From positions 1 through 53,732 of the forward strand of contig JBBITJ010000003.1 in the NCBI GenBank assembly GCA_037440825.1: a DNA stretch of 53,732 nt, written 5' to 3'. Source of the stretch: Candidatus Micrarchaeota archaeon (lineage in GTDB: Archaea; Micrarchaeota; Micrarchaeia; Anstonellales; Bilamarchaeaceae). The notes below the pieces were generated by a model that was given only the letters and a program-made list of their open reading frames with translations, was not told the DNA's origin and made no database searches. Of this stretch, positions 34,994-44,255 are shown piece by piece (the first letter of the stretch is position 1; every line of letters starts with the position of its first letter). A program made the position numbers and the translations under genes.

Positions 34994-35066
34994 CGCCCCG
35001 AGAAAGACTTGAACTTTCGGCCTCCTGATTAACAGTCAGGCGCTCTACCAACTGAGCTATCGAGGC
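34994..35066 (-). tRNA. tRNA-Asn (anticodon GUU)
   Basis: The sequence is GCCTCGATAGCTCAGTTGGTAGAGCGCCTGACTGTTAATCAGGAGGCCGAAAGTTCAAGTCTTTCTCGGGGCG. It has canonical D and T loops and the anticodon loop CTGTTAA. Confidence 0.9.
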
Positions 35067-35244
35067 AGACAGGGGGCTTCTCATGAGGGCGCACAATATC
35101 CCCCTTCTTCCTGAATACCCCCTTTCTGATATATTCGCTTTCGTTGCTCAACGCAACTCTCCGCGCCCGCCCAACTGAGGCAGACGCTAAATTATCTAAC
35201 ATAAGATAATGGAGAATAAACTTATGTCGAAAAAGGTTTAAAAA

Positions 35245-35379
35245 TCAATTCACTCCGCACGCGCTCCAGCCGCACGCCTCGCACATCTTGCATTTCTCCT
35301 TGAACGCGAGCCTGTTGCCGCAGTCCGGGCAAATCCCTTTCTTGATCTTCTCCTCGTCCGTCATCTTATCATCATTCAT
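35245..35379 (-). CDS. small Zn-ribbon protein (44 aa)
   Basis: It is below the track cutoff. It forms an ATGA overlap with the upstream gene. The motif is 'CPDCGNRLAFKEKCKMCEACGWSAC'. Confidence 0.5.
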   Translation of the reverse strand: MNDDKMTDEEKIKKGICPDCGNRLAFKEKCKMCEACGWSACGVN

Positions 35380-35726
35380 GCTTCTGCCTTCTTCTTGAAC
35401 AGCCCTTCAGGTGTGAGCTTGAGGTCGCTCAGGAACGAGAACCACCCTCCCTTCTTCTTCAGCTTCTCAAGCACTTCCCTGGTTTCTGCCAATACCGCCT
35501 TCGTCTTGGGGTTCTTGCCCTGCGCTCTGTAAACGATATTCATGAGTGCGTTTATTCCAGCCACGGTGTGCCCCTGGCTCTTGAATTCTTGCACGAATTC
35601 CCGCACTTCCCTCTGCTTCACCATCTTGGAGAAATCTGCCTCTTCCTTCTCCTCTTCGGGCTTCTCAACCATGTACCTTCCTGCAACCATAGAATCACGC
35701 CTTTCCCTTTCATTTGCTCTTTTCAT
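35376..35726 (-). CDS. hypothetical charged protein (116 aa)
   Basis: It is a Lys/Glu-rich ORF with codon usage like its neighbours, and it is coupled to the downstream Zn-ribbon ORF. There is an alternative start at 35690. Confidence 0.5.
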   Translation of the reverse strand: MKRANERERRDSMVAGRYMVEKPEEEKEEADFSKMVKQREVREFVQEFKSQGHTVAGINALMNIVYRAQGKNPKTKAVLAETREVLEKLKKKGGWFSFLSDLKLTPEGLFKKKAEA

Positions 35727-35743
35727 TCGCTATATATAAATCA

Positions 35744-36238
35744 TTATTTTTTGTACCCTATCTTCCTGAGCAGTTCGCGTCTCCATTCCCTCTCCGCCCT
35801 GTCCTCGATTCCGAGAGGGCTCTGGCCGTCAATCACTCCGAGCACCCCTCTCCCTCCGTTGTTCTCTGCAACGATCGCCTGGAGCGGGTTCGCAGTTGCT
35901 GCAAAGACGGTGCACACCTCGCCCAGCCCCTTTATTCTGTTCAGCACGTTTACTGGATATCCGTTCCTCAGGAAGATGATGAACGAGTGCCCGCACCCGA
36001 GCTTCATCGCCTCCTTTTCCGCGTGCTTCACCAGCTCTTCGTCGTTGCCGTCGCTCCTCACGAGCCTTTTTCCCGACGCCTCACAAAAAGCCAGCCCGAA
36101 TTTCAGCGACGGAGAGCTTTCCGCAAGCGTTTCGTAAATGTCCTCCACGCTCTTTATGAAATGTGTCTGCCCCAGAATGACGTTCGCATCTTTCGGGAGC
36201 GCAATCTCAACTGATTTCAGCTCAACCATCCTCATCAT
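35744..36238 (-). CDS. adenosine-specific kinase family protein (PF04008-like)
   Basis: It has 'ILGQTHFIKSVEDIYE', 'FGLAFCEASG', 'GYPVNVLNRIK' and 'VFAATANPLQ...GRGVLGVIDG', typical of this archaeal family. Confidence 0.6.
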   Translation of the reverse strand: MMRMVELKSVEIALPKDANVILGQTHFIKSVEDIYETLAESSPSLKFGLAFCEASGKRLVRSDGNDEELVKHAEKEAMKLGCGHSFIIFLRNGYPVNVLNRIKGLGEVCTVFAATANPLQAIVAENNGGRGVLGVIDGQSPLGIEDRAEREWRRELLRKIGYKK

Positions 36239-36521
36239 CCCTTTGCGGGCATGCGGAAACCCTGCCCTCGTTCATCCTTGAAATCAGCACTCCTCCTGCC
36301 CAGAAGGCGGTTATGCCGGCAGTTATCGCGATTCCCAGCAGCAGGTCGTTCGCCACATTCCCGCTGAACCACAGCTCGCCGTTCCACAAATGGTCTATGA
36401 ATCCGAAAACCCCTCCGCCTGCAAGAAGGAGATTGAGCGTCCTCAGCTCCTGCGAATCGCCCTTGCGCCGGAGGAGATAAACAGCCGCGGCAGCGGCAAC
36501 CGACATCGTATAGCATCCCAT
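36222..36521 (-). CDS. small membrane protein (99 aa, 3 predicted helices)
   Basis: It has hydrophobic segments with Gly/Ala-rich helices. It overlaps the downstream gene by 17 nt. Confidence 0.5.
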   Translation of the reverse strand: MGCYTMSVAAAAAVYLLRRKGDSQELRTLNLLLAGGGVFGFIDHLWNGELWFSGNVANDLLLGIAITAGITAFWAGGVLISRMNEGRVSACPQRDDEDG

Positions 36522-36529
36522 GGTTCCAC

Positions 36530-36943
36530 CTACAATCCAAGTTCCCTTATTATTTTGCTGCTCTTGAGCTTCTCCGGCTCCACGTGCTTCTCCAGCTGCA
36601 CTATCTCGACCCCTTCAGGCTTGAGAACGGGCTTCTGGTCGTATCCGTAGATTATCACATCCGGCTTCACGAGCGCGAGCGTCTTTTGCATATCCGCCCC
36701 TCCCAACACAACATAGTCAACGGGCTTTAGGAATCCCACCATTGCCGCGCGGTATTCCTGCGAATGCACAAGCTTCCTTCCTTTCTTCAATATGTGCTCG
36801 TCGGAAGCAACGACCACAACGAGGTAATCGCACCTCTTCTTCGCCTCGCTGAGCGTGAACACGTGCCCGAAATGGAGTATGTCGAAAACGCCTCCTGTGA
36901 GCCCTATCCTAAGCCCTTTCTTCCTTGCTTCCTCAAGTTCCAA
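36530..36943 (-). CDS. ribL: cytidylyltransferase-fold nucleotidyltransferase, probable FAD synthase RibL
   Basis: 137 aa with 'GGVFDILHFGHV' (the HxGH nucleotidyltransferase motif). The size matches archaeal RibL. Confidence 0.6.
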   Translation of the reverse strand: MELEEARKKGLRIGLTGGVFDILHFGHVFTLSEAKKRCDYLVVVVASDEHILKKGRKLVHSQEYRAAMVGFLKPVDYVVLGGADMQKTLALVKPDVIIYGYDQKPVLKPEGVEIVQLEKHVEPEKLKSSKIIRELGL

Positions 36944-36951
36944 GTGAGCAC

Positions 36952-37968
36952 CTATACGCTGGTGGCCAGTTCCTTCATGCGCTCGGAGACGTGTATTTTC
37001 GCCTTCTTCAGCGCGGCCACATCCTTGGAGCCCGTGAGGAACATGCTCACCCTGAGCTGCTCCTTCCAGGTCGTTATCTCTTTCTGCAGCTCTCCTCTCC
37101 CGTACGCGCGGAGGAACGGCTGCGCCGCGCCCGCTATTTCAGCGCCCAGGGCGATGGACTTCGCGGCGTCTATGCCGCTGCGCACCCCCCCACTCGCTAT
37201 CAGCGGCGCTATTCCTTTGTCCGCAAGGAGGCACGCGACCGTGGGGATCCCCCAGTCCGCGAACCCCGGAACGCCCCCTTTGCGCTCGTACTCTATCGCG
37301 CTCCAAGAAGTTCCGCCCGCTCCTGCGACGTCGATGTATTTCACTCCAGCCTCCTTGAGCTTCTTCGCGGCCGCGCTTCCTATCCCTGCCCCAGTCTCCT
37401 TCGCAATCACCGGGACTGAAATCTTGTCGCACGTTATCGCTATCGCATCCAGTATCACGGAAAAATCCATGTCCCCTTCGGGCTGGATTATCTCCTGCAA
37501 GGGGTTGAGGTGCACGGCGAGCGCGTCTGCATCCACGTCAGCGACCATCTCCTCGACTTTCGCTGCCGGGTATTTCTTCAGCTGGTATGCCCCTATGTTC
37601 GCGATTATCGGTATGGAGGGCGCGACGTCCCTCACGTAATACGTGTCCTTGAGCGAGGCGTTCTCTATCATCGCCCTCTGGCTTCCGAGCCCGAATACCA
37701 TCCCTTCCTTCTCCGCGACTTTGGCGAGTTCCTTGTTTATTTTCCCTCCTTCCGGATATCCGCCTGTCATCGCCTCTATGGCGAGCGGCGCGGCAAGCTC
37801 CTTCCCGAGGAACTTCGTCCTCGTGTCTATATTGCCGAAATTGAGCTCGGGAAGTGCGCTGTGCACCAGCATCACTTCATCGAATCCCGCGCTGGTCGCG
37901 TACTGCATACCCTTTTTCATCACTATGTCAACGTGCTCCTTCTTCCTCGAACTGGTCGTTCTGTTCAT
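36952..37968 (-). CDS. fni: isopentenyl-diphosphate delta-isomerase, type 2 (FMN-dependent)
   Basis: It has 'RKKEHVDI', 'GSQRA', 'VIAKETGAGI' and 'IASGGVRSGID'. The real start is the ATG at 37968, which forms an ATGA overlap. The 128-aa Arg-rich track extension overlaps the upstream gene and is rejected. Confidence 0.9.
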   Translation of the reverse strand: MNRTTSSRKKEHVDIVMKKGMQYATSAGFDEVMLVHSALPELNFGNIDTRTKFLGKELAAPLAIEAMTGGYPEGGKINKELAKVAEKEGMVFGLGSQRAMIENASLKDTYYVRDVAPSIPIIANIGAYQLKKYPAAKVEEMVADVDADALAVHLNPLQEIIQPEGDMDFSVILDAIAITCDKISVPVIAKETGAGIGSAAAKKLKEAGVKYIDVAGAGGTSWSAIEYERKGGVPGFADWGIPTVACLLADKGIAPLIASGGVRSGIDAAKSIALGAEIAGAAQPFLRAYGRGELQKEITTWKEQLRVSMFLTGSKDVAALKKAKIHVSERMKELATSV

Positions 37969-38789
37969 TTGGTTCCACCTTTTGGAAATATCACGCTTGC
38001 GTATCCTACAACCGCGGTGTAATCCCCGCTCGATTTCCCTGAATTCGCATACCTGAGCATCTTTCCGGCCTTGCAGCCCTTCGCGTCCGCGTATTTGATC
38101 AGCGCGGCTATCGGGCCGTGGCCGCATATAGTCCAGCCGAACTTCTCCACGTTGCGCTCGAACGTCTCGGCGTCCAGGCTCTCTATGTGGCCTAGCGCTC
38201 CCTTGTCCTTCTTCTCCGCGACGTCCGCAGGGACGTAATGGGAGAAATCCGAGCTCGCTATCACCACGTGCTTTTTGGGGTCGAGCGTTTTCACCAATGC
38301 TGTTCCGACCATCTTCGCGCTGTCGTAGTCCTGGCTCATCATGCATATGCACACGATCTTAGTCTTGGGATTGATCTTCTGGATGAAAGGCAGCTGGACC
38401 TCTATGCTGTGCTCACGGAGATGGGCGCTTTCATCGAAATCCATGAGCGCGCAGTTCTTCTGTATCTCCTTTGCGAGCGCGGTGTCGCACTTGAGCACTC
38501 CCAAAGGGGTTTCCCAGTCCTGCAATGAAACTGAAATGAGGCTGCCTTCGCCGCTGTGGTTCGGCCCCAGCAGGATGACGGTCTCGGCAGTCTTGAGGTT
38601 GGAGATCGATGCGTAGGTGATCGCCGCCGTGGAGCCGGAATACTGGTAGCCTGCGTGCGGGCATATTCCCCCGAACGCCTCCACAGGCTCGAAATCCCTG
38701 GACGCGTTCTTCAGGTATTCCGTGACCTCCAGATTGAGCTTCATCCTCTCTCCTGGATAGAAGTACCCTGCAACTGCGGCGCTTCGCAT
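37965..38789 (-). CDS. AmmeMemoRadiSam system protein B (MEMO1 family)
   Basis: It has 'AVAGYFYP', 'CPHAGYQYSG', 'ILLGPNH' and 'EHSIEVQLPF', diagnostic for Memo-like proteins. Confidence 0.8.
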   Translation of the reverse strand: MRSAAVAGYFYPGERMKLNLEVTEYLKNASRDFEPVEAFGGICPHAGYQYSGSTAAITYASISNLKTAETVILLGPNHSGEGSLISVSLQDWETPLGVLKCDTALAKEIQKNCALMDFDESAHLREHSIEVQLPFIQKINPKTKIVCICMMSQDYDSAKMVGTALVKTLDPKKHVVIASSDFSHYVPADVAEKKDKGALGHIESLDAETFERNVEKFGWTICGHGPIAALIKYADAKGCKAGKMLRYANSGKSSGDYTAVVGYASVIFPKGGTK

Positions 38790-38819
38790 GCGTGTATCTC
38801 TTTTGCAAGGTATATAAAC

Positions 38820-39641
38820 CTAATTTTGCCCTGCCACCGAATATCCGTTCCCCTCAGTCCTCAAGACAATCGTTCCATTCGCATCTGTCCTGAGCACCTC
38901 CGCTCCCGCAGCCCTCAGCCGCGCGAGCGTCCCGCTGTCCGGGTGGCCGTAATCGTTCTTTCCCACCTCGATCACTGCAATGAGGGGACTAACCTTCTGC
39001 AAAAATTCGGTTGATGAAGCGTATTTGCTTCCGTGGTGCGCAACCTTCAGAACATCAGCATCAATGTTTTCGGAAAGCAAATCCAGTTCGCATTCTCCGT
39101 CGCAGTCCGCATCCAAAAGGAGGGTGAAATTCCCGAACCGGACCATCATCACTATCGAATTCTGGTTCGGCTCATCGGAGCCGGTGTTCGCGTGCACCAC
39201 TTCCAGTTCCGCTTGCCCGAGCGCGAACCTTTGCCCCTTCTGCGCAATGATGATAGTTTCGCGGTCTATCTCGCCCATCGTCCTGTTGTAAGTGTAAGTT
39301 TCCCTTTCCTGCCCGTCCACAATCACGCTTTTCACGAAAAATTTCCTGAGCACTTCCGCGCATCCCCCTATATGGTCGGAATCCGTGTGCGTCATCACCA
39401 AATAATCTATCTTGTAAGCTCCAAGCTGCGTGAGATATTCCGCGATTTTATCCGATTGGCTCGCCTGCCCGCAATCAATCAGCATTGTATGGTTGCCGTT
39501 CCTTAGGAATTCCGAATCTCCCTGGCTCACGTTCAGGAAATATATCTCAAGAGTGGAGTTCACAGGCGGGTTCCCGCTCTCCGGTTTCCAGTTTTGCACG
39601 CATCCAAAAAGAAGAACAACCGCCAGGAGCATCCTTCTCAT
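38820..39641 (-). CDS. ComEC/Rec2-related metallo-beta-lactamase fold hydrolase, probable lipoprotein
   Basis: It has the lipobox-like 'LLFGC', 'VSQGDS', 'MTHTDSDHIGG' and 'VAHHGSKY'. Confidence 0.75.
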   Translation of the reverse strand: MRRMLLAVVLLFGCVQNWKPESGNPPVNSTLEIYFLNVSQGDSEFLRNGNHTMLIDCGQASQSDKIAEYLTQLGAYKIDYLVMTHTDSDHIGGCAEVLRKFFVKSVIVDGQERETYTYNRTMGEIDRETIIIAQKGQRFALGQAELEVVHANTGSDEPNQNSIVMMVRFGNFTLLLDADCDGECELDLLSENIDADVLKVAHHGSKYASSTEFLQKVSPLIAVIEVGKNDYGHPDSGTLARLRAAGAEVLRTDANGTIVLRTEGNGYSVAGQN

Positions 39642-39645
39642 GCGC

Positions 39646-40167
39646 TCACTTCAATTCGTACTCTCCCAATACGGTATACTTCGGCCCGCCCGGCGCGAGT
39701 TCGCTGCTCATCAGGTAGAATCGTTCGACATTGAAGTCTCCGAACCTCCATTCTCGGTATTTGCCGAAGAACCCTTCCAGCCGCACCTTCTTCTTCACGC
39801 GTGCAAGAGTCAAATGGCCGATGAATTCCTCCTTGGGAAAATCAGGCGCAAGCGCCTCATTGACTTTCTGCGCCAGCTCCGCAAGTTCCCTTGTCCTGCA
39901 TCCGGCCCACACCACGCGCACGTACTGCTCGTTCGGGAAAGCGCCCACTCCCTTCACCACGGCTTCGAATTTCGGGTGCTCTATGGCTTTGAGCGCATTA
40001 TCTATCGCCTGCACCTTTTTTGGGTTCACATCCCCGAGGAACTTGAGCGTGAGGTGCATGTTCTCCGTGGCCACGAGCGCGAGCCCTTCGGAAGGCATGT
40101 TCATCTGCACTCCGTGCACCACTCGCTTTATCCAAGGGGGCACGTCCACAGCTACGAACATTCTCAT
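39646..40167 (-). CDS. thpR: RNA 2',3'-cyclic phosphodiesterase (ThpR/LigT 2H family)
   Basis: It has two HxT/S motifs, 'MHLTLKFLG' and 'GHLTLARV'. Confidence 0.8.
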   Translation of the reverse strand: MRMFVAVDVPPWIKRVVHGVQMNMPSEGLALVATENMHLTLKFLGDVNPKKVQAIDNALKAIEHPKFEAVVKGVGAFPNEQYVRVVWAGCRTRELAELAQKVNEALAPDFPKEEFIGHLTLARVKKKVRLEGFFGKYREWRFGDFNVERFYLMSSELAPGGPKYTVLGEYELK

Positions 40168-40170
40168 GGA

Positions 40171-40329
40171 TCAAATTTGGGAAACAGCATTTATAATCAG
40201 TTCAGCAACAGCTTGCGGATGCTCATTAGTAAGGCGCGGATCCTCAAGTATGCGTTCCGGCTCGCTCTTCATGTGCGAATTCCTTCCCAGGCTTCCCGCA
40301 GCCTTGGCTGGCACTCGTAATTTGTGCAT
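40171..40329 (-). CDS. hypothetical small protein (52 aa)
   Basis: It is below the track cutoff. The ATG lies about 30 nt downstream of the TATA-like 'ctttataaatt' in a divergent AT-rich promoter. The stop is 3 nt upstream of the thpR ATG. Confidence 0.35.
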   Translation of the reverse strand: MHKLRVPAKAAGSLGRNSHMKSEPERILEDPRLTNEHPQAVAELIINAVSQI

Positions 40330-40394
40330 ATTAATAATATTCTATGTAAATGAATTTATAAAGATTTATTAACCGCATCAAAGATGAAAAACTG

Positions 40395-40934
40395 ATGATA
40401 ATAGTCGTATGCGGTTTTCGCGGAAGCGGAAAATCCCTCTTCGGCTCCATAGCGAAGAAGATGGGGTTCCCGGTGCTGGAGATGAGCGAGCCCGTGCTCG
40501 CGCTCATGAAGGAGCTGGGGCTCGAAGTCAACAACGAGAGCGTGCGCAACTTCGCAACCGATTTCAGGGAGAAGGGAGGAAAGGATGCTGTCGCGAAGCT
40601 CATGCTTCCCCGGATGCGGGAGCTCATTCGCGACAACGGGAACATAGTGGTCGTGGGAGCTCGTAGCATTGAGGAAGTGGACATATTCAGGCAGTTCGGC
40701 GAGGTCGTGACAGTCGCTATCGTATCTGCGGAAAAGAACCGCTTCAGCAGGATAAAGGAGAGGAACAAGACCAGCGACCCGAAGAATATCTTGAATTTCA
40801 AGTGGGCGGACGAAGTGGAGGCTAAGTGGGGGCTGGACCGGCTCGTGGAGTCCTGCGGCGTGAAGATCCAGAACGACGGCTCCGAGCGCGAGTTCGAGGA
40901 GAGCGTGAAGCGCTTCCTGGCGAAATACAAGTGA
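40395..40934 (+). CDS. P-loop nucleotide kinase-like protein (UPF0200/dephospho-CoA-kinase-like)
   Basis: It has the Walker A-like 'VCGFRGSGKS' at the N-terminus, and the 179-aa size fits the archaeal UPF0200 family. Confidence 0.5.
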   Translation: MIIVVCGFRGSGKSLFGSIAKKMGFPVLEMSEPVLALMKELGLEVNNESVRNFATDFREKGGKDAVAKLMLPRMRELIRDNGNIVVVGARSIEEVDIFRQFGEVVTVAIVSAEKNRFSRIKERNKTSDPKNILNFKWADEVEAKWGLDRLVESCGVKIQNDGSEREFEESVKRFLAKYK

Positions 40935-40938
40935 TCTG

Positions 40939-42222
40939 ATGCTGGACGCGCTCAGGATGTTCCACTCTCTAGGCGCCTCGGACGGCGAGATATTCCACGC
41001 GAGCGAAACCTCCGTGGTCTACGAATATGCCGCAGGAGCACTCAAGGTGAAGAGCCGCGGCACGGACGAGGGTTTCGGTTTGCGTGTTTTGAGCGGCAGG
41101 AAGCTCGGCTTTTCCTATGCGAATTCCAAGTCGAAGCTTGAATCTGCCGTGAAATCCGCGCTCGCGTTCTCCAAGTTCTCGCAGAAGAGCGGCTTCTCGT
41201 TCGCCCTCAAGCAGGCATACCCGAAAACGGACTCATACGATCCCAAAGTGGCGGGACTGGACGAAGCCGCGCTGAAGGAGATGGTCCTGGAGCTCGTGGC
41301 CGGAGTGGAGGAGCATTCGGAAGTGATGCGCGCCATACTCGTTTGCGGAACAGGCAAGAGCGCAATCGCGAACACTTCATTGCTTTTCGCCGAGAGGGCC
41401 AGCACATCCTTCATGGCTTACGTGGAAGCCAAGAACAAGGACGGCTTCGGGTTCGCTGACTATTCCCATTACAGAATCGCAGGGGATCTCCGCGCGCTCG
41501 GAAGGAAAGCCGGGCTCATGGCGAAGGAGATGAAATCTCCGAAGAAGCTCCAGGCGGGCAAATACACGGTGGTTTTTTCGCAGGAAACGCTCGCATCCCT
41601 TTTCGGGTTGCTCGCGGCCTCTTTTTCCGGAGACCTCAAGAGGAGGAAAATCTCCAAGTTGTGGGACGCCGAAGGTAAAAAGATGTTCGACGAAAAGCTC
41701 ACTGTGCTGGACGATCCCTTTGCGGATGCGGAGGCGAGATGCGCGTTTGACGGCGAAGGAGTCGCGTCGAAGAAGCGCCCGCTGATAGAGAAAGGGGTGG
41801 TGAAGGATTTCTATTACAGCCGCGAGATAGCCGCGCTCGAATGCGTGGAGAAGGAAGGAAGCTGCTCCAGGACTGATTACAAGACAATCCCCGGCATTGG
41901 TCCCTCCAACACCGTGATTGGAACAGGGGACGCTGACCTCGGAACCGAATCTTCAGCTGAATCCGAATTGGGCAAATACCTCTACATAGAATCCATGCAC
42001 GGCCTGCACACGGCCAACACCACCACAGGCGATTTCGGGTGCGAGGCGAGCATCGCGTTCCTGCACGAGAACGGTAAAAAAGTCCCGGTGCGCGGGTTCA
42101 TGGTGAGCGAAAACGTATTTAACCTGTTCAACAAAATAGAGGCAGTCGGAAAACGCCAGATGCAGGCAGGGGACTTCGTTTCCCCTGCGCTCGCGTTCAG
42201 GGACGTTTCCATAGTTTCGTGA
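40939..42222 (+). CDS. TldD/PmbA family metallopeptidase (U62)
   Basis: 427 aa. The C-terminal 'GDFGCEASIAF..NGK' and overall pattern fit PmbA/TldD. Confidence 0.75.
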   Translation: MLDALRMFHSLGASDGEIFHASETSVVYEYAAGALKVKSRGTDEGFGLRVLSGRKLGFSYANSKSKLESAVKSALAFSKFSQKSGFSFALKQAYPKTDSYDPKVAGLDEAALKEMVLELVAGVEEHSEVMRAILVCGTGKSAIANTSLLFAERASTSFMAYVEAKNKDGFGFADYSHYRIAGDLRALGRKAGLMAKEMKSPKKLQAGKYTVVFSQETLASLFGLLAASFSGDLKRRKISKLWDAEGKKMFDEKLTVLDDPFADAEARCAFDGEGVASKKRPLIEKGVVKDFYYSREIAALECVEKEGSCSRTDYKTIPGIGPSNTVIGTGDADLGTESSAESELGKYLYIESMHGLHTANTTTGDFGCEASIAFLHENGKKVPVRGFMVSENVFNLFNKIEAVGKRQMQAGDFVSPALAFRDVSIVS

Positions 42223-42240
42223 CTTTTCAACGTGGTGCTC

Positions 42241-44241
42241 ATGAAGGAATTCAAGACAACAGAAGAGATTCAGGTTCCGGAAAAGCTCATAGACCAGGTA
42301 ATCGGGCAGGAGAAGGCAGTAGAAATAATCAAGAAGGCGGCGAAGCAGAAGCGCAATGTCCTCCTGATAGGCGCGCCGGGAACCGGGAAGAGCATGCTCG
42401 CACAGGCGATGGCGGAGATCATGCCCATGGAGAGCCTGGAGGATGTCATAGTGTATCCCAACCAGCTGAACGAGAACCAGCCGCTCGTGCGCGTCGTTCC
42501 CACCTATCCGGCGCAGGACTTCCTAGACAAGAAGCCAGAATACAGAAAGTATTACACTCCTTACGAGCTCGCCGCGATAAAGAAATATTCTGAAGAAGGA
42601 AAAACCGCATTGCTCCCCGGCCTGCTGCGCGTAGGGCTGGGGCGAAGGATAACCAATTACAGGAGGCCGCAGGAGGACGTCCAGCAGCCGAAGATAAGCC
42701 AGAATTACGTTTTTGCGATAATGGGGCTTTTGCTTCTCGCCCTCCTTTTCTCTCCGGACATTTCCGAGGGCACGAAATGGCTCGTGCTCGCGGTGGTCCT
42801 CGGCTTGGGGCTGCTTTACATGCTTTCCGGAGTGGCGAGCGGGATGCAGAAGCGCATGATGCCCTTTGAATCGCCGCAGCCCAAGCTCATAGTGGACAAC
42901 ACAGGGAACAAGACCGCGCCGTTCGTGGACGCCACGAGCTCAAAGGCAGGCTCGCTCCTGGGAGACGTGAAGCACGACCCCCTCCAGAGCGGCGGCCTGG
43001 GAACCCCTGCGCATCTCAGGGTGGAGAGCGGGGCGATACACAGGGCGAGCAAAGGGGTCCTTTTCATAGATGAAATAGCTTCCTTGAAATACAACTGGCA
43101 GCAGGAACTGCTCACCGCGATGCAGGAGAAGAAATACTTCATAACCGGGCAGAGCGAGACAAGCTCCGGCGCATTGGTGAAGACCGAGCCCGTGCCTTCA
43201 GATTTCGTGCTCGTGGCAGCAGGCAATCTTCCTGACATTCAGCACATCCACCCCGCGCTCCGCTCCAGGATACGGGGTTCAGGCTACGAGGTTTACATGG
43301 AGGACAGCATGGAGGACAATCCTGCGAACAGGGACAAGCTCGTGCAGTTCACCGCGCAGGAGATAAGGCGCGATGCCAAGATTCCGCATTTCTCCCGCGA
43401 AGCGGTCATGGAGATAATAGAGGAAGCCAGACGCATGGCAGGGAGGCGCGGCCACCTCACCATGAACCTGCGCGAGCTCGGAGGACTCATACGCGCAGCA
43501 GGCGACATCGCAAGGGAAGAGGGCGCGAAATTCGTGTCTGTTGAGCACGTGAAGAAAGGGAAGAAGATATTCTCGAGCGTAGAATTCCAGTTGAGCAAGC
43601 GCATCGCGGAGCGCAAGAAGGAATACCGCGTTTTCGCCAACGAGGGCTTCGAGATCGGGAGGGTGAACGGTCTTGCTGTCTTGGGCGATTCGCTCGCAGG
43701 GCTCGTGTTGCCCATAGTCGCCGAAGTGACGCCTTCGGCGTCCAAGAGCGAGGGCCGCGTGATCGCTACAGGGAAGCTGGGGCAGATCGCGAAGGAGGCA
43801 GTGGACAACGTTTCCGCGATATTGAAGAAATACGAGAGCGACGACCTTTCCCAGAAGGACATACACATCCAGTTCCTCCAGACTTACGAAGGGGTGGAAG
43901 GCGACAGCGCCTCCATTTCAATTGCAGTGGCAGTCATCTCCGCATTGGAGAGCATCCCGCTGGACCAGAGCTGCGCGCTCACCGGTTCGCTTTCCGTGCG
44001 CGGCGACGTGCTGCCCGTGGGCGGCATAAACGGGAAAGTGGACGCTGCGATAGACGCAGGCATGAAACAGGTCCTGATTCCGAAGGCGAACGAGGACGAC
44101 GTTTACATACCCAAGGAGAGGCTCAAGCTCATAAAAGTGGTTCCTGTTTCGAGCATCGCGGAGGTGCTCGAGCACGTTCTCGGGAAGAGCGAGAGGAAGA
44201 CTCGGCTCGTTTCCGAAATCAAGAAGCAGATGAGGAAATAG
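42241..44241 (+). CDS. lonB: archaeal membrane-bound Lon protease (LonB)
   Basis: It has the Walker A '[10 protein letters not shown]', two TM helices inserted in the AAA+ domain and the protease domain '[19 protein letters not shown]' (catalytic Ser). The ATG at 42241 is preferred over the GTG at 42232. Confidence 0.9.
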   Translation: MKEFKTTEEIQVPEKLIDQVIGQEKAVEIIKKAAKQKRNVLLIGAPGTGKSMLAQAMAEIMPMESLEDVIVYPNQLNENQPLVRVVPTYPAQDFLDKKPEYRKYYTPYELAAIKKYSEEGKTALLPGLLRVGLGRRITNYRRPQEDVQQPKISQNYVFAIMGLLLLALLFSPDISEGTKWLVLAVVLGLGLLYMLSGVASGMQKRMMPFESPQPKLIVDNTGNKTAPFVDATSSKAGSLLGDVKHDPLQSGGLGTPAHLRVESGAIHRASKGVLFIDEIASLKYNWQQELLTAMQEKKYFITGQSETSSGALVKTEPVPSDFVLVAAGNLPDIQHIHPALRSRIRGSGYEVYMEDSMEDNPANRDKLVQFTAQEIRRDAKIPHFSREAVMEIIEEARRMAGRRGHLTMNLRELGGLIRAAGDIAREEGAKFVSVEHVKKGKKIFSSVEFQLSKRIAERKKEYRVFANEGFEIGRVNGLAVLGDSLAGLVLPIVAEVTPSASKSEGRVIATGKLGQIAKEAVDNVSAILKKYESDDLSQKDIHIQFLQTYEGVEGDSASISIAVAVISALESIPLDQSCALTGSLSVRGDVLPVGGINGKVDAAIDAGMKQVLIPKANEDDVYIPKERLKLIKVVPVSSIAEVLEHVLGKSERKTRLVSEIKKQMRK

Positions 44242-44255
44242 AATTCGTTTGCGGC

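Noticed and set aside
35140-35166. A partial duplicate of the tRNA-Asn 5' end ('ccaactgag...aggcagac'), suggesting an integration (att) scar.
   Set aside because: Only two short blocks of about 8-9 nt match, with a deletion between them. There is no integrase or foreign-looking DNA nearby, so this is within chance expectation.
36952-38352. A 466-aa version of the fni ORF with a 128-aa Arg/Gly-rich N-terminal extension.
   Set aside because: The extension overlaps the well-supported Memo-family gene in another frame. The conserved IDI-2 sequence begins at the ATG at 37968, which forms an ATGA overlap with the upstream stop.
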